From positions 372,001 to 436,000 of the forward strand of contig MU057880.1 of assembly GCA_013265495.1 (NCBI GenBank): a DNA stretch of 64,000 nucleotides, read 5' to 3'. This document shows positions 23,510 to 36,047 of the stretch, in pieces. The stretch is from Vicugna vicugna (Eukaryota). The notes under the pieces were generated by a model. That model saw nothing but the letters and a program-made list of their open reading frames with translations, was not told the DNA's origin and searched no databases. The position numbers were made by a program, and so were the translations under genes. The first letter of the stretch is position 1, and each line of letters begins with the position of its first letter.

Positions 23510-25350
23510 AATTAGCTATAGTTCTTTTTTTTCCCCCTTTTTCCCCCTTTAACCTTTACTATGCAATAAACTGTTTTTGTGTACTTTTGCATTTTTGTTT
23601 CACGTAGAAGAACTCGTTTCAACATTTTTTCTAAGGCAGGTCTAGTGCTGATGAACTCCCTCATTTTTGGTTTGGGAAAGTCTTTATTTCTCCTTCATAT
23701 CTGAATGGTAACTTTGCTGGATGGAGCATTCATGGCTGACAGTTTTTACCTTTCAGTATTTTGAGACTGAGGGGCGCGACCAACCTCCGTTTTGATCCAG
23801 GATCCTGTCTGCGATCTGCCGCATTTCAGGACAAGCCCAGCCTACCGCAAGTAACAAGTTCCACCTTCTGCAAAACCCACCAATCAGCATCTACCCTTCA
23901 GCATACCTCATCTGCATAACTGCCGCCTCCCTGGACCTGAGTGAGAACTATTGGCCGGAAAGCTCATCCCAGCCCCTCTCTCTTTCAGACACGCCCCTTT
24001 CACTTTCAGCATACCCACCAATCAAAACCTACCTCTCAGTGCCCCTTATTTGCATAAGAACCCACCAATCAGCTCCCATCCATGGGGATAAATAACCAAG
24101 CCTGTGCATGGAAAAGTGGGTTCCAGTCCGTCTGGTGATTGAGTTTGTTGGTTTCCAAAAATAGCTCTGACTCTGCCGTTCAGCTGTCTCTCTCTCTCTC
24201 CTTTCTGTCCCATTGTAACAGAGACTGTCATTCCACTTCCTCCTGGACTGTAAAGTTTCTGAGAAATCTGCTCATAGCCTAGTAGGGGGTTCCTTAATTT
24301 TTTTCCCCCTGAATGGCTTTAAAACTCTTTCTATGTCATCAACTTTTGACAATTTTAGTACAGTGTGTCTTGGAGAAGGTCTTTTTGCATTGAGGTAACG
24401 AGGTGTCCTCTTAGCTTCATGGACTTGTATATCTGGTTCCTTCCTCAGCTTTGGGAAGTTCTCAGCTGTTATTTTTTTGTGTATAGACGTCTCCTTTCTG
24501 CCTGTCTTCTTTTTCTGGGGTACCCATTACCTCAATGTTGCTCTTCCTAAAAGAGTCAAATAGCTCTTGTAAAATTGCTTTATTTTTTTTTTAGTATCTT
24601 ATTTTTCTTTCCTCTTCTTCTTGTATAATTTCTAGATTTCTTCTTTCAACACTTTATAATGCATCCTTCGTATCATTCATTGAGTTATTTACAACAGAAT
24701 TTCTGTAGGGTTCTTTTTAGAGTTTCAGTGTCCTTGGTAAAGTGTTCGTTCTGTTCATTAATTTTATTTCTGACCTCTCTGAACTGTCTTGCTGAGTTGT
24801 CTTGGAGTTCATTGAGTTTCCTCACAACAGCTATTTTGAAAATTCTCTATTAGTGAGAGCACAAAATCTGACTTTGAGTTTGGCTCCTGGAGGGCTGTCA
24901 TGTTTATTTTTGTGGGACATTGCATGGTAAGTCAGTTACTTGTCTGCCAGTGCATTCGAAGCACCTTTGTGTTTGGTTCTGAGGATTCAACGGGTTGGAA
25001 ATTGGAGACCTTGCTTTGGTTTTCCGGTAGGTGGCACCACAGCACAAGTTTTGGGGTTCTCGTCCTTGCGCTGCCTCTGGTTGGGCTTAAGAGCTGGAAT
25101 TTTCCTCCCTCCCCTGCCTCTGGCACTGGTGTTCCCTGAGGCCCTTGTTATTACAACTTGTGCCTCTAGGTTTGTTGGTGTCTTGCTGCTGCCAGTGTCC
25201 CTGGCGTCACAGAGGCCGCCTGCTGCACTGGGATGCTGGGCTCCTCCCTCACCTGGGAGACCCCCTGAGTGGAGGGCTCTGCTGCTGTTGGGGGGAGGGG
25301 GCTGTGGGGGAGGAGCAGAGTCACAAAGGTCCCTCTGCCTTGCCTCATTC
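23510..25350 (-). mobile_element. L1 ORF1 plus 5'UTR, right arm of the interrupted L1
   Basis: aaggcaggtctagtgctgatgaactccctc...gggaaagtctttatttctccttcatatctgaa...gtttctgagaaatctgct...tttgggaagttctcagc (antisense ORF1), followed by a GC-richer 5'UTR-like part. Confidence 0.8.
23768..24220 (+). mobile_element. Solo LTR (453 bp) with perfect 5-bp TSD
   Basis: TG...CA termini (tgagggg...tgtaaca); TSD gagac at 23763-23767 and 24221-24225; L1 sequence is contiguous across it; strand inferred from CCAAT and TATA-like order. Confidence 0.85.
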
Positions 25351-25364
25351 ACCTGCAAAAAAAG

Positions 25365-25470
25365 TTTTTTTTTGGTTTATTGATTTATTTATTTAATGGA
25401 AGTACCGGGATTGAACCCAGGACTTCATGCATGCTAAGCACATGCTCTACCACTGAGCTATACCCTCCCC
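25365..25470 (-). mobile_element. tRNA-Ala-derived SINE
   Basis: gggattgaacccaggacttcatgcatgctaagcacatgctctaccactgagctataccctcccc. Confidence 0.93.
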
Positions 25471-25807
25471 TCCTCACCTGGATAATTCATAATGAGCCCT
25501 CCCGACCTGGCTGTCATCACCTCTTACAGGAGACTTACTCTGAAGTCTCTGGTTGGGATAAAGTCTCCTTCTTTCTGCACCAGATAGTGCTTATCTCTGT
25601 CTTTTCACTTTAAACATACTTTTAAATACTTTAAACATCCTTGCTTTTTATACTTACTTACAACCTCACTATCTAGTCTCTGCCTATGTCTTCATCACCT
25701 GTCTGTACTCCCTGTTGACCTGGCTTGTTTCATCATGTATTTGAGGACTTGCTAGATTCTATCATGAGCTCAAATTGGGTTGAACTTTAAATTTGGGAAT
25801 CCCAAAT

Positions 25808-26299
25808 TGTGGCTGAAATTCGGCCTCTGTACCCTACTTACCAAACTGAGACTTGGGGACAGAATTTTGGATGATGTAGAAAAGGCAGCTTTATTTCTTT
25901 GCAAGCAAAGGAGGTCACAGTGGGCTGATGCATCCAAGACTGTGAGCCTGCTGGGGAGTGAAGGCAGGGGGCTTTACACTAAAAGTTCGAGAGTTTAAGG
26001 GACAGAGCTGGTTTCCACAGAGATCACACCCAGGGTAACAAATTGTTTCAAAGTTGTTCTTGTTTTTTGCAGATGCAGCGTCCCCTTCCCTCTGCTGGGT
26101 GTGAAGTTCACCTCTGTCTTTGGGACTATTCTAATATTCTTGTGCCTAGAACAGAGGTGCTTAGGAAAGAGGTCCGTGAAAAAGTGCTCTAGAGGAAAAC
26201 TTGCGCAGTTTAAACTCAAGTTAGTATATGCTTCTCACCTTTTAGTCAAGCTGAGGCCTGGGGCCTCTTGCTGCAGGGTCTGCCCAGGCTGGGACAACA
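25808..26299 (-). mobile_element. Solo ERV1-type LTR
   Basis: tgtggctgaa...gggacaaca termini; antisense poly(A) signal gctttatt; flanks aaat/gaat. Confidence 0.7.
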
Positions 26300-27357
26300 G
26301 AATACAAAGAAACCATGAGGGGCTAAAAATAACTGCAGACATGCACAGTTGGGGCTGCGAGCTATGAATAAGATGCACAAAGCACCTGGCTGCTGTCTCT
26401 GAAGTGCTGGTGGGGATGGACAGATCCCTCGAGTTCCCTGCTCCTTCCCTGCCCAATCCTGGTCAGCAAAAGCATGAGGAAAACCCTTTAAGTTACTATA
26501 CAGTGAAGCAGTTACAAATACCATATGGTCACCGATGACAGAAATACCTGAAGTGCCTGGATTTCTGCCAAGCGCTGGAGGGCATTACCCACCAGGAGTG
26601 CCATTTCGACTGAATGTCTGCCCCTGGGCTTTCCCGACGTGGGGGCACGCTGAAATTCTAGCCCCAGGACCACAGGAGAGTAACACTGTGGTGCAAAACA
26701 TTAGGAAACATTATTGGTGTGATGAATTTCCAAAAAATCCAGTATCAGCAGAATCAGACTGGTTTTCTTGTTGGTTTCCTTTCCTGGCATGCAGACTTTT
26801 CTAAATTCATCTTTTCAACTGAAGACCTGGCTTAACATGAGAGGGTCTCAGATCCAACTCACTCTCTTTGTCAGGCTGAAATTCTGCTCCTCGGGGGGGG
26901 GGGGGCTTGTAACCAGCCAAGCCCCAGGTCTCTGACTGGAGACCTCGCTCAGGTGAGCCTGGGCCACCAGGCTGTCTGCCACACTGGTTTCAGCCGTATG
27001 TTTTATTGAAGGAGGGTGGTTTTTGTTGTTATATGTCTGCCTAGTTGTCCATGAAGGACTTCCCTTACTCATAAGCTCAGCAGTGTTTACAAGGATGTTT
27101 ATCCTCACTTATTTAGCATTTGGCTTTTGATGTGGAAGTGCATTCTTGCTAAAGTGCTCGAAATGGAATGTCAAGGGTTTATTTTTAATTTATGTTCTCT
27201 CTCAGGGTTATTTGTAGATTTTGCAAATTATCTTCTGCCACACACTTGGGTTTTTTTTCCTTGGCTAATTTTTAAGTTAATTTTTTTTAGCAGAGTTAAG
27301 TCATACAGACTGTACTGAAAGTCATAGAGTAAAAAAATGATTTGTCCTCTAGTTTCT

Positions 27358-27685
27358 TTTTTTAATATATTTTTATTGAAGCATAGTCAGCTTACAATGT
27401 TGTGTCAATTTCTGGCATACAGCACAGTGCTTCAGTCATATAGGAACATACATGTATTCATTTTCATATTCTTTTTCACCATAAGTTACGACAGATATTG
27501 AATATGGTTCCCTGTGCTATACTTGGTATTTGTCTAAACTTGTTATTTGTCTATTTTGTATTTATTTGTTAGTATCTGCAAATCTCGAGTTCCCAATTTA
27601 TCCCTTCCCACCCCCTTCCTCCTCGAATAACCATAAATTTGTTTTCTACAGAAGCAGACTCATAGACATAGAAAACAAATTTATG
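27358..27685 (-). mobile_element. 5'-inverted (twin-primed) L1 3' end
   Basis: Antisense 3'UTR 27358-27648 followed by sense piece 27649-27685; imperfect TSD tgtcctctagtttct / tgtcctccactttct. Confidence 0.85.
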
Positions 27686-29104
27686 TCCTCCACTTTCTGT
27701 TGTCCTCAACTCCTGCCTCCCAGAGCAACCACTTTTAAATCTTTTTTTAAAAAAATCTTAAAAGCTACTAATTGGATTATTTAACTCCTTTTTTAAAAAT
27801 GCTATTTTTAACAACATCCCTTGATTCATTAATTTTGCACATTACACTGACCACTCACAATGGAAGATGAGGTTTGCATCCTGCACCTTCCTGTAAAGCT
27901 GTATCATAATTTTGAATTAAATCAGTGTTTAGTATCCACCTTACTTACTGTAACTTTAAATATAGTCCCTGTTGTGTGAAGTAGTGTCTTCCAACTGTAT
28001 TTCCTTTGTGTGCAAATTTTGTTTTTCCTGGAGTCCATCATTTCCTCACTTTTTAAAAATTTATTCCATTTCCCATAAACATTTTCTCTCAGACCTATTT
28101 ATTCCGTGGTCCAAATTATCAAAATATCATCTGCATTTTTTAATCCTGCAGACCTCCGTCCTAGAATCATCAGTCTTTTTATTCTAATGTGGGGTGGTCA
28201 TTTCCAGACTTCCTGTCCAGCTGTTCCCAGGATTTTGCATTTGCTGCTCCCCTGGAGGGAAACCCCATTTCCTGGGTGTTGTGCTGTTTCTTTTGCTTAT
28301 TTTTTTTTTCCCACAGTTTCGATGGGAACACATCCTCCCGCCGTTTCTGCAGAAAGCGCCCACAGGAAGTAAAATTTTTGCATGTCTGAAAATGTTTGTA
28401 TCCCACCATCGCACTTGACAGATGGTTTCCCAGGACAGGGACTCCTGGGTTGGAAGTCATTTCGCAATTGTACCCACATCATTTGTTAAAGAGACCATGC
28501 TTTCCCCGTGGAATAGACTTTGCACCCTTGCTGAAAATTTCACATATTTTCTTAAAGTGTCAATATTTTCCTTCCTCTTATGTGACACTGTTAGCAAGCT
28601 CCCTGCCTCTTATTTTCATGTCTTCTGTAAAATAGATGTCTGGACCACGAAATGCCCTGTATTGATTATGAGTAGTGTTTTGAATTTGGACAATTTGAAT
28701 TCAAAATCTGACTTTACACCTGCCATCACGTGCATAACACACACCCCCACAAGCAATGACACCACCAGCAATGAGCACACAAACTTGCTCATGAATACAG
28801 TCACGAGTGCATGAAAACTCACAGATGCACAAGTGAACATATTTACAGACGTGAAAGCTACACACACACACAAACACATACAGAGACCCACAGAGATCCA
28901 TTTATACACAGAGATGGACAGACATGCTCACAGCCAAAGGCTTTCAGGCAGACAGTCTCAGACACTGTCACACCTGTGACCCCACACGGGGTTGGAATCA
29001 TCATTTACATGTTACTGAAGTGGACAGAGGCTGAGAGAATCCAAGTGCTTTACCCACAATCACATCTCACCTAATGGCAGAGCCAAGATGAAGCTCTGAG
29101 GGAT

Positions 29105-29277
29105 GGGTGGGGTCTAGCTCAAGGGTAGAGTTCCTGCCTAGCATGTGTGAGGTCCTAGGTTCAATCCCCAGTGCCTCTATTAAAATAAACAAACCTAATT
29201 ATCTCCCCCTACCCCAAAGAAGTAAATTTTTAAAATTAGAAAAATAAATTTAAAAATTAATTGATTTTTTTAAAAAA
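29105..29277 (+). mobile_element. tRNA-Ala-derived SINE (nested in MIR)
   Basis: tagctcaagggtagag...cctagcatgtgtgaggtcctaggttcaatccccag...aaacctaatta; TSD-like aagatgaagctct/aagattaggctct. Confidence 0.88.
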
Positions 29278-29959
29278 GATTAGGCTCTAAGGAATTCTTC
29301 TGGGAAGGAGAAGCACCACTCCAGAAAAAGGAAAAATTGTTGCACGTCTTTGCTTCTTCAGTGACGCCAGTCTCCAGACCAATCCAGATGTTGGTCCTCG
29401 AAAGCTGTTGTTCTGAAAGTCCCACCTTCGGGTTCTCTGGTTATGTAACCATACTCTTTCGCGGACTGAAAATAGCTCCTTGTTCATTTTATTCTCATCA
29501 GGGAGACGGAGAGCGAAGATTCAGACCGTTTGTCATCACAGCCGCCTCTCCACACGCAGGATGATGGAGCGTCGTCATGGGAACACTGCTGCAGCCTCGC
29601 CCACCTGTAGAAGCCGAGGAGGAGGAGGAAGACGGTCTCCGACCAGTCAGTTCTGCCTTTCAGATCTCACGCATCTGACTCACCTCCAGGATGCTAGCTG
29701 CATCGTTGTTTAGAGAACGCACGTTTCGGCTTTCGGGTATCCAGGTGGCAGGAGCACCACAGGAAGTGTGAACAAGCTGCCCTGTGGTATCCAGCGTCAC
29801 ACAGCCTGTAAGCGGCGGGACCAGCATTCAAAACCAGTGTGGATTCTCGGCCCCTTTCTTTCTCCGAAATCTTTTACTGGCCTCAAACAAATGATGATCT
29901 CAGAATAAGATGATTGAATTCAGGATGAGGGTTTTGATAGGTGGAAATGAGGCGGACTT

Positions 29960-30260
29960 AACTGGGTTCTCCAGAAAGCAGAGTCCGAGGCAGAGAAGTC
30001 GTTGTGCACCGCCACTGCTGGATTCAGGAGCAGAAGTGAGGGGCAAAAATGGGGATGCAGGGAAGGGAGGAGAGCCAGTGTGAGAAGAGGGCTGAGCAGG
30101 TCACTGCTCAGTGCAGCTCACCGCTGCAGCCCTCGAGCAGAATGCATCTGAGGTCGGTAGCTCATTTTGCGTTACTGGAAAGCGGGTTCTCGTCTCCCCC
30201 TTGGTCAAAGGCTCACTCGCAGGATGTGAATGCCACCACGGCTACCCTGTCGTGTGGTAG
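29960..30260 (-). mobile_element. Old ERVL-class LTR remnant (LTR16-like)
   Basis: tgggttctccagaaagcagagtccgag resembles the antisense of the LTR16-type 3' end. Confidence 0.4.
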
Positions 30261-31416
30261 GAAAGTGCGGGGACTGACAAGGTTGCTTGGGGTTCAGTTT
30301 CAGTGGACCTTCCATGGTGGCTCATGCGTTTGGGGCTTGACTCTGTAAGCGCTGGAGAACCACCAGATATTTTGGAAAGGAAAGCTGTGTAGTTGGGGGA
30401 GGGGGGTCTCTTCCTTCCCTAGTTGTATGATTTTCTTATGAAGTCTGCATTATCCGCTCAAGGGGATATTTGTGGAAATTCTCAAGCCAGTCCTTGACAG
30501 TCATAATAGCTGAACAAATCCGTATCTCAAGAGCACTGCACTTCACCCGTGACTCCGTCAGCCTCTCTGCATCCCGGGGGTATAAGCATTTCCGTTTCTA
30601 GAAGATAAGCATCAAACAGAACTGATGGAAGATAGGCAGTTTGGAGTGTCGGAAGCTTAAACAAGGCCAGTGCGTGAGTCTGAACTGGGAAGTTTTGTTC
30701 AAATTGAGATAACTCTCAGTTCTCTGGGGAGGAGTGGGGGGAGTTACTGCTTCCAGGAAAAAAACAGGAGGGTAACACTTTGGTCCCCCTTGCAGACTGG
30801 GGATTACGCATTTGGAGGGTCTGACTTCCCTCCCGCCTTCTAATCTGCACAGGTCCCCGGGGGAGGGGTCAGTCCGGCATCGCTGAGCCAGTCATCCAGG
30901 GGACTAGGGCAGGCTTGCTCCTGCCTGCTGGCCTCTTAACTACCTTCAGGACAGAACAACATCAGGGTAGGTAATACATACTTTTCATCTGTACAGCAGT
31001 TTATAACACAAACCACTTGTCCAAATATTTACACATTTACTCTCCGCAACTTTCTCCAGCGTTCTGATTTTCTCGCCTTAGATTTCTGCTTGCTGTCAGC
31101 GAGAACAGAGTACTTCAATTTGGCTCTGTGGCTTAAGTGGGAAAAATAAACTGGAAAAGTCAACAGTCCTAGCAAATCATAGCCCGCACCTCAGGTTGTT
31201 GAGAAGATTTAATGAGATAATATATAAAAAACACACAGCCTAGTACCTGGCACTCTTTGCTACTATTTTTATTATCTTCACCGTTGCTGGTTTTGGAGAG
31301 TATCTTTAACCTTAGTCATAGTCGTGGTAGTAAGAGCATCTTTATCACCATCATTGGTCCCATTATGAACCCTCTAGAACTGACCCCAAATGTTAGGAGC
31401 TAATAGGAAGGTGGTC

Positions 31417-31532
31417 CAATCACCTCCCAAAGGCCCCTCCTCCTAGCACCATCACACTGGCGTTAAACATCAATGTGTGAATTTGGGGGTGGGGAGGGGG
31501 GAGAGGAGGGCACAAACATTCAGGCCATAGCA
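31417..31532 (-). mobile_element. MLT1A-like fragment
   Basis: aatcacctcccaaaggcccctcctcctagcaccatcacactgg...cacaaacattcaggccatagca. Confidence 0.75.
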
Positions 31533-31702
31533 GGGGAAATATACCCTCTAGCTGCCTTTCCCCAGCAGAGGAGGGGGATAAAGTCACCACCTCCAGGACT
31601 CGGGGATCAGTCATTCCAGATAAGGGCTCAGGGATCTCTTCCTAGGAACTGGAATTCTCAACTTCACTCTGTGCTGTTGTTACTTAACGATTAACAGGAC
31701 AG

Positions 31703-31910
31703 GCTTTAGGACCAGACGTCTGAGATTCAAATCCTGCTCTACCTCAGACAATTGACTTAACCTCTCAGTGCCTCAGTTTTATCTTTAAAATGAGGAAGTT
31801 AATGGTGTCTCCCTCGTGGATTGTTATAAGAATGAAATGAGTTGATAAGCGTAAACATGCTTAGGGAAAGGCCTGCACAGAGCCAATGCAATGTAAATGT
31901 TAGCTAATAT
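31703..31910 (+). mobile_element. MIR SINE
   Basis: gattcaaatcctgctct...acttaacctctcagtgcctcagtttt...aaaatgagg...gttataagaatgaaatgag. Confidence 0.8.
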
Positions 31911-32533
31911 TGCCTAATATTGCCTTTTTTGGTTCCTTTTGCCTGTGGGCTTATCCAGTGTCCTCTCTCACTTCTGAACCTCACACAAACACACAAACAA
32001 GGTCCCAGTGTCTGGGCCCCAGACCTGCTGATGTAGGTTCCAGTTGTAGTGTTTTGTACTAGTACCAGGACACTTCGTTATTATTGTGGAAATTCAGCTA
32101 CAAGTGGCATAATGAGGTTGCACAAGAAGCAGGGGTGAGTTTTATCCAGATGAGCGATAAGAGTTCTGATATTAAAATAGCGTTGAATTGCACCTGCTTA
32201 ACACTCCCCCAACCTTAATCGAGATTAAGATCTTGATTGGGAGAAACAGGATGTGAAGTCAACGAGCCCACCCTCAGTGAGCCGAGGGGATTCGGAGGCA
32301 GAGGACGGGTCTCAGTTTGACAAAACAGCGGTCCTCCAAAGCGGATCTCAGACCCACTTGCCTTTCTGTGAAAGAGAAAGCCTGTCCAGTGAATTCTGTC
32401 CTTTACTTCACTTGTACTCATGTATGCACCCTTGCTATTTTCAGAAGATGTGAAAAAAAATCAGACAAAGACTATCAAAAGACAGTTTACAGAAAGGAAC
32501 TACAAATGAGCTTTAAACTTATGAAAAAATGCT

Positions 32534-33110
32534 TGTGAGAGCCAGGATTCTAAAATGACCCTACACTCCTGCTCTCTGGTGTACCCCGCCTTCCTCATCG
32601 CCTCCCCCTGAGTGCAAGCGGGAGCTGTGAATTTGACGGGAGAGACATCCCTTTGACTAAGTTACACTATAAAGTAGAGATGATGGATCGTCACTCCCTT
32701 GATGGCAAGAAGTGATGTCAGACTCTGTCTCAGCAGACCAAGGTGAGCTGTTCTCCTGCTGACTGTGAGTAAGTAAGCTGCCACGTACGGGCCACGTGGC
32801 ACAGAACGGCAGCAGCATTGATGACCCGAGAGAGACTCCCAGCTGGAAGACAGCCAGAAAATGGTGACCTCAGCCCTACAACTGCAAGGAACTGAATTCT
32901 GCAACCTACTCACGGAGCCCAGAAGCCAAGCCTTCCCAGCTGAACATCCACATGAGAACGCAGCCCAGTCACCACTTCAATGGTGAGACTCTGGGCAGAG
33001 TACCTGTGCCCAGACTCCTGATCCGTGGAAACTGAGATAGCAGACATCTGTGTTGTTAAAACCACGACATCTGTGGTAATTTGTTATTCAACAGCAGAAG
33101 CTAATAAAAC
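32534..33110 (+). mobile_element. MaLR LTR (MLT1E/F-like) inside old L1
   Basis: tgtgagagccaggattctaaaatg...cctcagccctacaactgcaaggaactgaattctgc...tgtggtaatttgttattcaacagcagaagctaa. Confidence 0.8.
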
Positions 33111-33404
33111 AATCCAGGTCACTCATAAAAAGTGCACATTAAAGCTCTATCAAGATATTACTTACTCACTTGGCACTTTGGCAAAGGGAGAAAACTGAAA
33201 ATGATGCTATGTGAGCAAGAGTATAGGAAACAGCTATTCTCAGAAATTACTAGAGGCAGTTAAATTAGTGAAATTTCTGTGGACAGTGATTTCTTAAGTA
33301 TCTGGCAAGATTTAAAAAAACATCCCTCTCGTCCTTCACGTCTACTTGTAATTTACCATAGGACACATTCACAAACTTCGGGCAAGGTTAAGATACAGGC
33401 TTTT

Positions 33405-33555
33405 AAAAAAAATCTTTTTGTTCTTTTTTGGGGGGATAATTAGGTTTATGTATTTATGTGTTTATTATTATTTTTTAATGGAGGGACTGGGGATTGAACC
33501 CAGGACCTCATGCATGCTAAGCATGCACTCTACCACTGAGCTATACCCTCCCTCC
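33405..33555 (-). mobile_element. tRNA-Ala-derived SINE
   Basis: Antisense SINE; TSD-like aagatacaggctt / aagatataggctt. Confidence 0.92.
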
Positions 33556-34548
33556 AAGATATAGGCTTCTTTATTGCAGCACCATTTGCAACAGCAGAAG
33601 ATTAGAATCACCTACGTATTCTTCAGTAAACACCTGGTTAGATAATTTTGGGTACATCCATAAAACGGGTACTTTGAAGCCATTAGAAAGAATGAGAAAG
33701 TTCTTTAAGTAAGGGTATTGAAGATATTCAAGATGCATTTTGAAAGAGGAAAAAAAGGCCATGTTTAGTACAGGATGTAAAATAACAAGCTACCATTTTT
33801 GAGGAGGGGGAAAGACAGGAGACTATATGTGCTTGCATATGCATAACTCGTGGAAGGCTTACAGGAAACTGATGGCGTGGGTGGTCTCCTAGGAAGCGGA
33901 TGGGGGGAGGGCATCATCACTGCAGGAGCGGAGCGAAGAATTTTACTATATGCTTTTTATATGCTCTAGATTTTGAATCGTGTGGCAGTATGTTCAATCT
34001 ATGAAAATGGAAACAACCTTGGAAAAGCAGTATGCAGACTGTCCTTCTGTCCCAGTGACTGTCGATTGGTCCCCTGGAGAAGGGGACCACACTCTTAATG
34101 AGGCTAGACATCCCAAGGGAACGCAGCCCACAAATAGTTAACCACACAAAGCCTTTGTTAATGAATCCAGTGGGTTTTCCTTCTAAGTAGTAAATATTTA
34201 AAAACTGTAAGCAAATGCTGCATTAAAATGGATAAGGAAATGGGCCGCTTTTCAAATACCAGCCACAGTGAATGATGGAAGCTCTTCTCCATCTCCTGAG
34301 GCAGACGAGGGCACCCTGGGGCTGATTTGTTCCACCACCAGAGGCACGAGCCTCCTGAGTGCTTCCCTGATGAATAGTAGGTACTATGTCCTGGTGGAGT
34401 CTGTGCCCTAAGGGGAGGTCCAGGTGTGTTTGTTCCTGAAAAAACGAAGATGGAGAATTCATAAAGCTTTACTGAATCGGTTTTCAGAGACAGAACCATC
34501 CATTGTGTTGCACAGAGTGAGAGAAAGCTTTTTAGAAATTTAGAGAAT

Positions 34549-34681
34549 GTGTGGGAGGGTATAGCTCAGAGGTAGAGAGCATGCTTATCATGCACGAGGT
34601 CCTGGGTTCAATCCCCAGTACTTCCATTTAAAAAAAAGAAAAAGAACTAAAAATAAATAAAATAGAAAGAAAATTAAAAAA
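34549..34681 (+). mobile_element. tRNA-Ala-derived SINE
   Basis: TSD aaatttagagaat at 34536-34548 and 34682-34694. Confidence 0.93.
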
Positions 34682-34875
34682 AAATTTAGAGAATAAATCA
34701 AATGTTGTTTGTTAAATGCAGGAAACAGAGCCTGAGGCACCTCGGTGACTCACTCCAAGGTGAAGATCAAGATGTCAACACAGGATTTTCCATGGAAGTG
34801 TGCACCTTACGTTGCAGTTTACCCAAGTCAAGGATGTGATATGTCAGGCCTGGGGGGCTTGCTCTGCATGTATAT

Positions 34876-34906
<31 letters not shown>

Positions 34907-35099
34907 TCTGTGTGTATGAGACAGAGAAGTCAGCAAATTATAATTCTACCCCAATGGAGAGGGGTTGATAGTACTTGGAATGATCAGATCTTTAAGACAG
35001 CAGTCACACCATAGCCACACGAGACCTGAAACCTGAAATACAACACAGAATAAATAATTAGATATATATATTACTTTAATATGAAAATAGATGTCTTTG

Positions 35100-35760
35100 T
35101 ACAAATGGCCAATAGGCATAGGAAAAAAATACTCAGTATCGCTAATTACCAGAAAAATGCAAATCAAAACTAGATTGACGTATCACTGCACACCAGTCAG
35201 AATGGCCATCATTCAAAAAGTCCACAAGAGATAAATGCTGGAGAGGGTGTGCAGAAAAGGGAACTCTCCTACACTGTTGGTGGGAATGCAGTTTGGTGCA
35301 GCCATTGTGGAAAACAGTATGGAGATTCCTTTAAAAGCTGAAAATAGACTTACTCTATGATCCAGCAATCCCACTACTGGGCATATATCCAGAGGGAACT
35401 CTCATTCGAAAATATACATGCACCCCAAGGTTCTAGCTGCACTATTTACAATAGCCAAGACATGGAAACAGCCTAAATGTCCATCAACAGATGGCTGGGT
35501 AAAGAAGTTGCATATTTATACAATGGAACACTACTCAGCCATAAACAAGAATAAAATAATGCCATTTGCAGTAACATGGATGGACCTGGAGATTGTCATA
35601 CTAAGTGAAGTAAGCCAGACAAAGAAAGAAAAATACCATACGATATCACTCATATGTGAAATCTAAAAAAGGAAAAAAGAAGACACTAACAAACTCATCT
35701 ACAAAACAGAAACACACTCACAGACATAGAAAACAAACTTATGGCTACAGGATGGGGAAT
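35100..35760 (+). mobile_element. L1 ORF2 C-terminus and part of 3'UTR
   Basis: ORF 35418-35666 [24 protein letters not shown]...MPFAVTWMDLEIVILSEVSQ; lacks the distal 3'UTR and poly(A). Confidence 0.92.
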
Positions 35761-36047
35761 GTATGCTATACGGTCTGTGTAGATGTTTTACCTCCTTAAT
35801 TTGGTTTTAGGTATCCTCTCTGTCATCAAAGTGACACAGTTATTCTTTTTTCAGTGATGTCTGAGTTATGCTGGCATTGGTCATTGTAATCGTTCTCGTT
35901 TTCACAAACTGAATCCCTAAAAAACACAATCACAATGTTCACGATTTTAAAAATTAAACTTGCTCAGTCTCCGTACGAAGCACAGTTAATTCAAAATTGG
36001 AGATGGACTGTTAACGTGCTCAATTACAACACACTTAAGGTGCACAC

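Noticed and set aside
34876..34906. (TG)n(CG)n Z-DNA-prone tract
   Set aside because: Common microsatellite type with no contextual evidence of function
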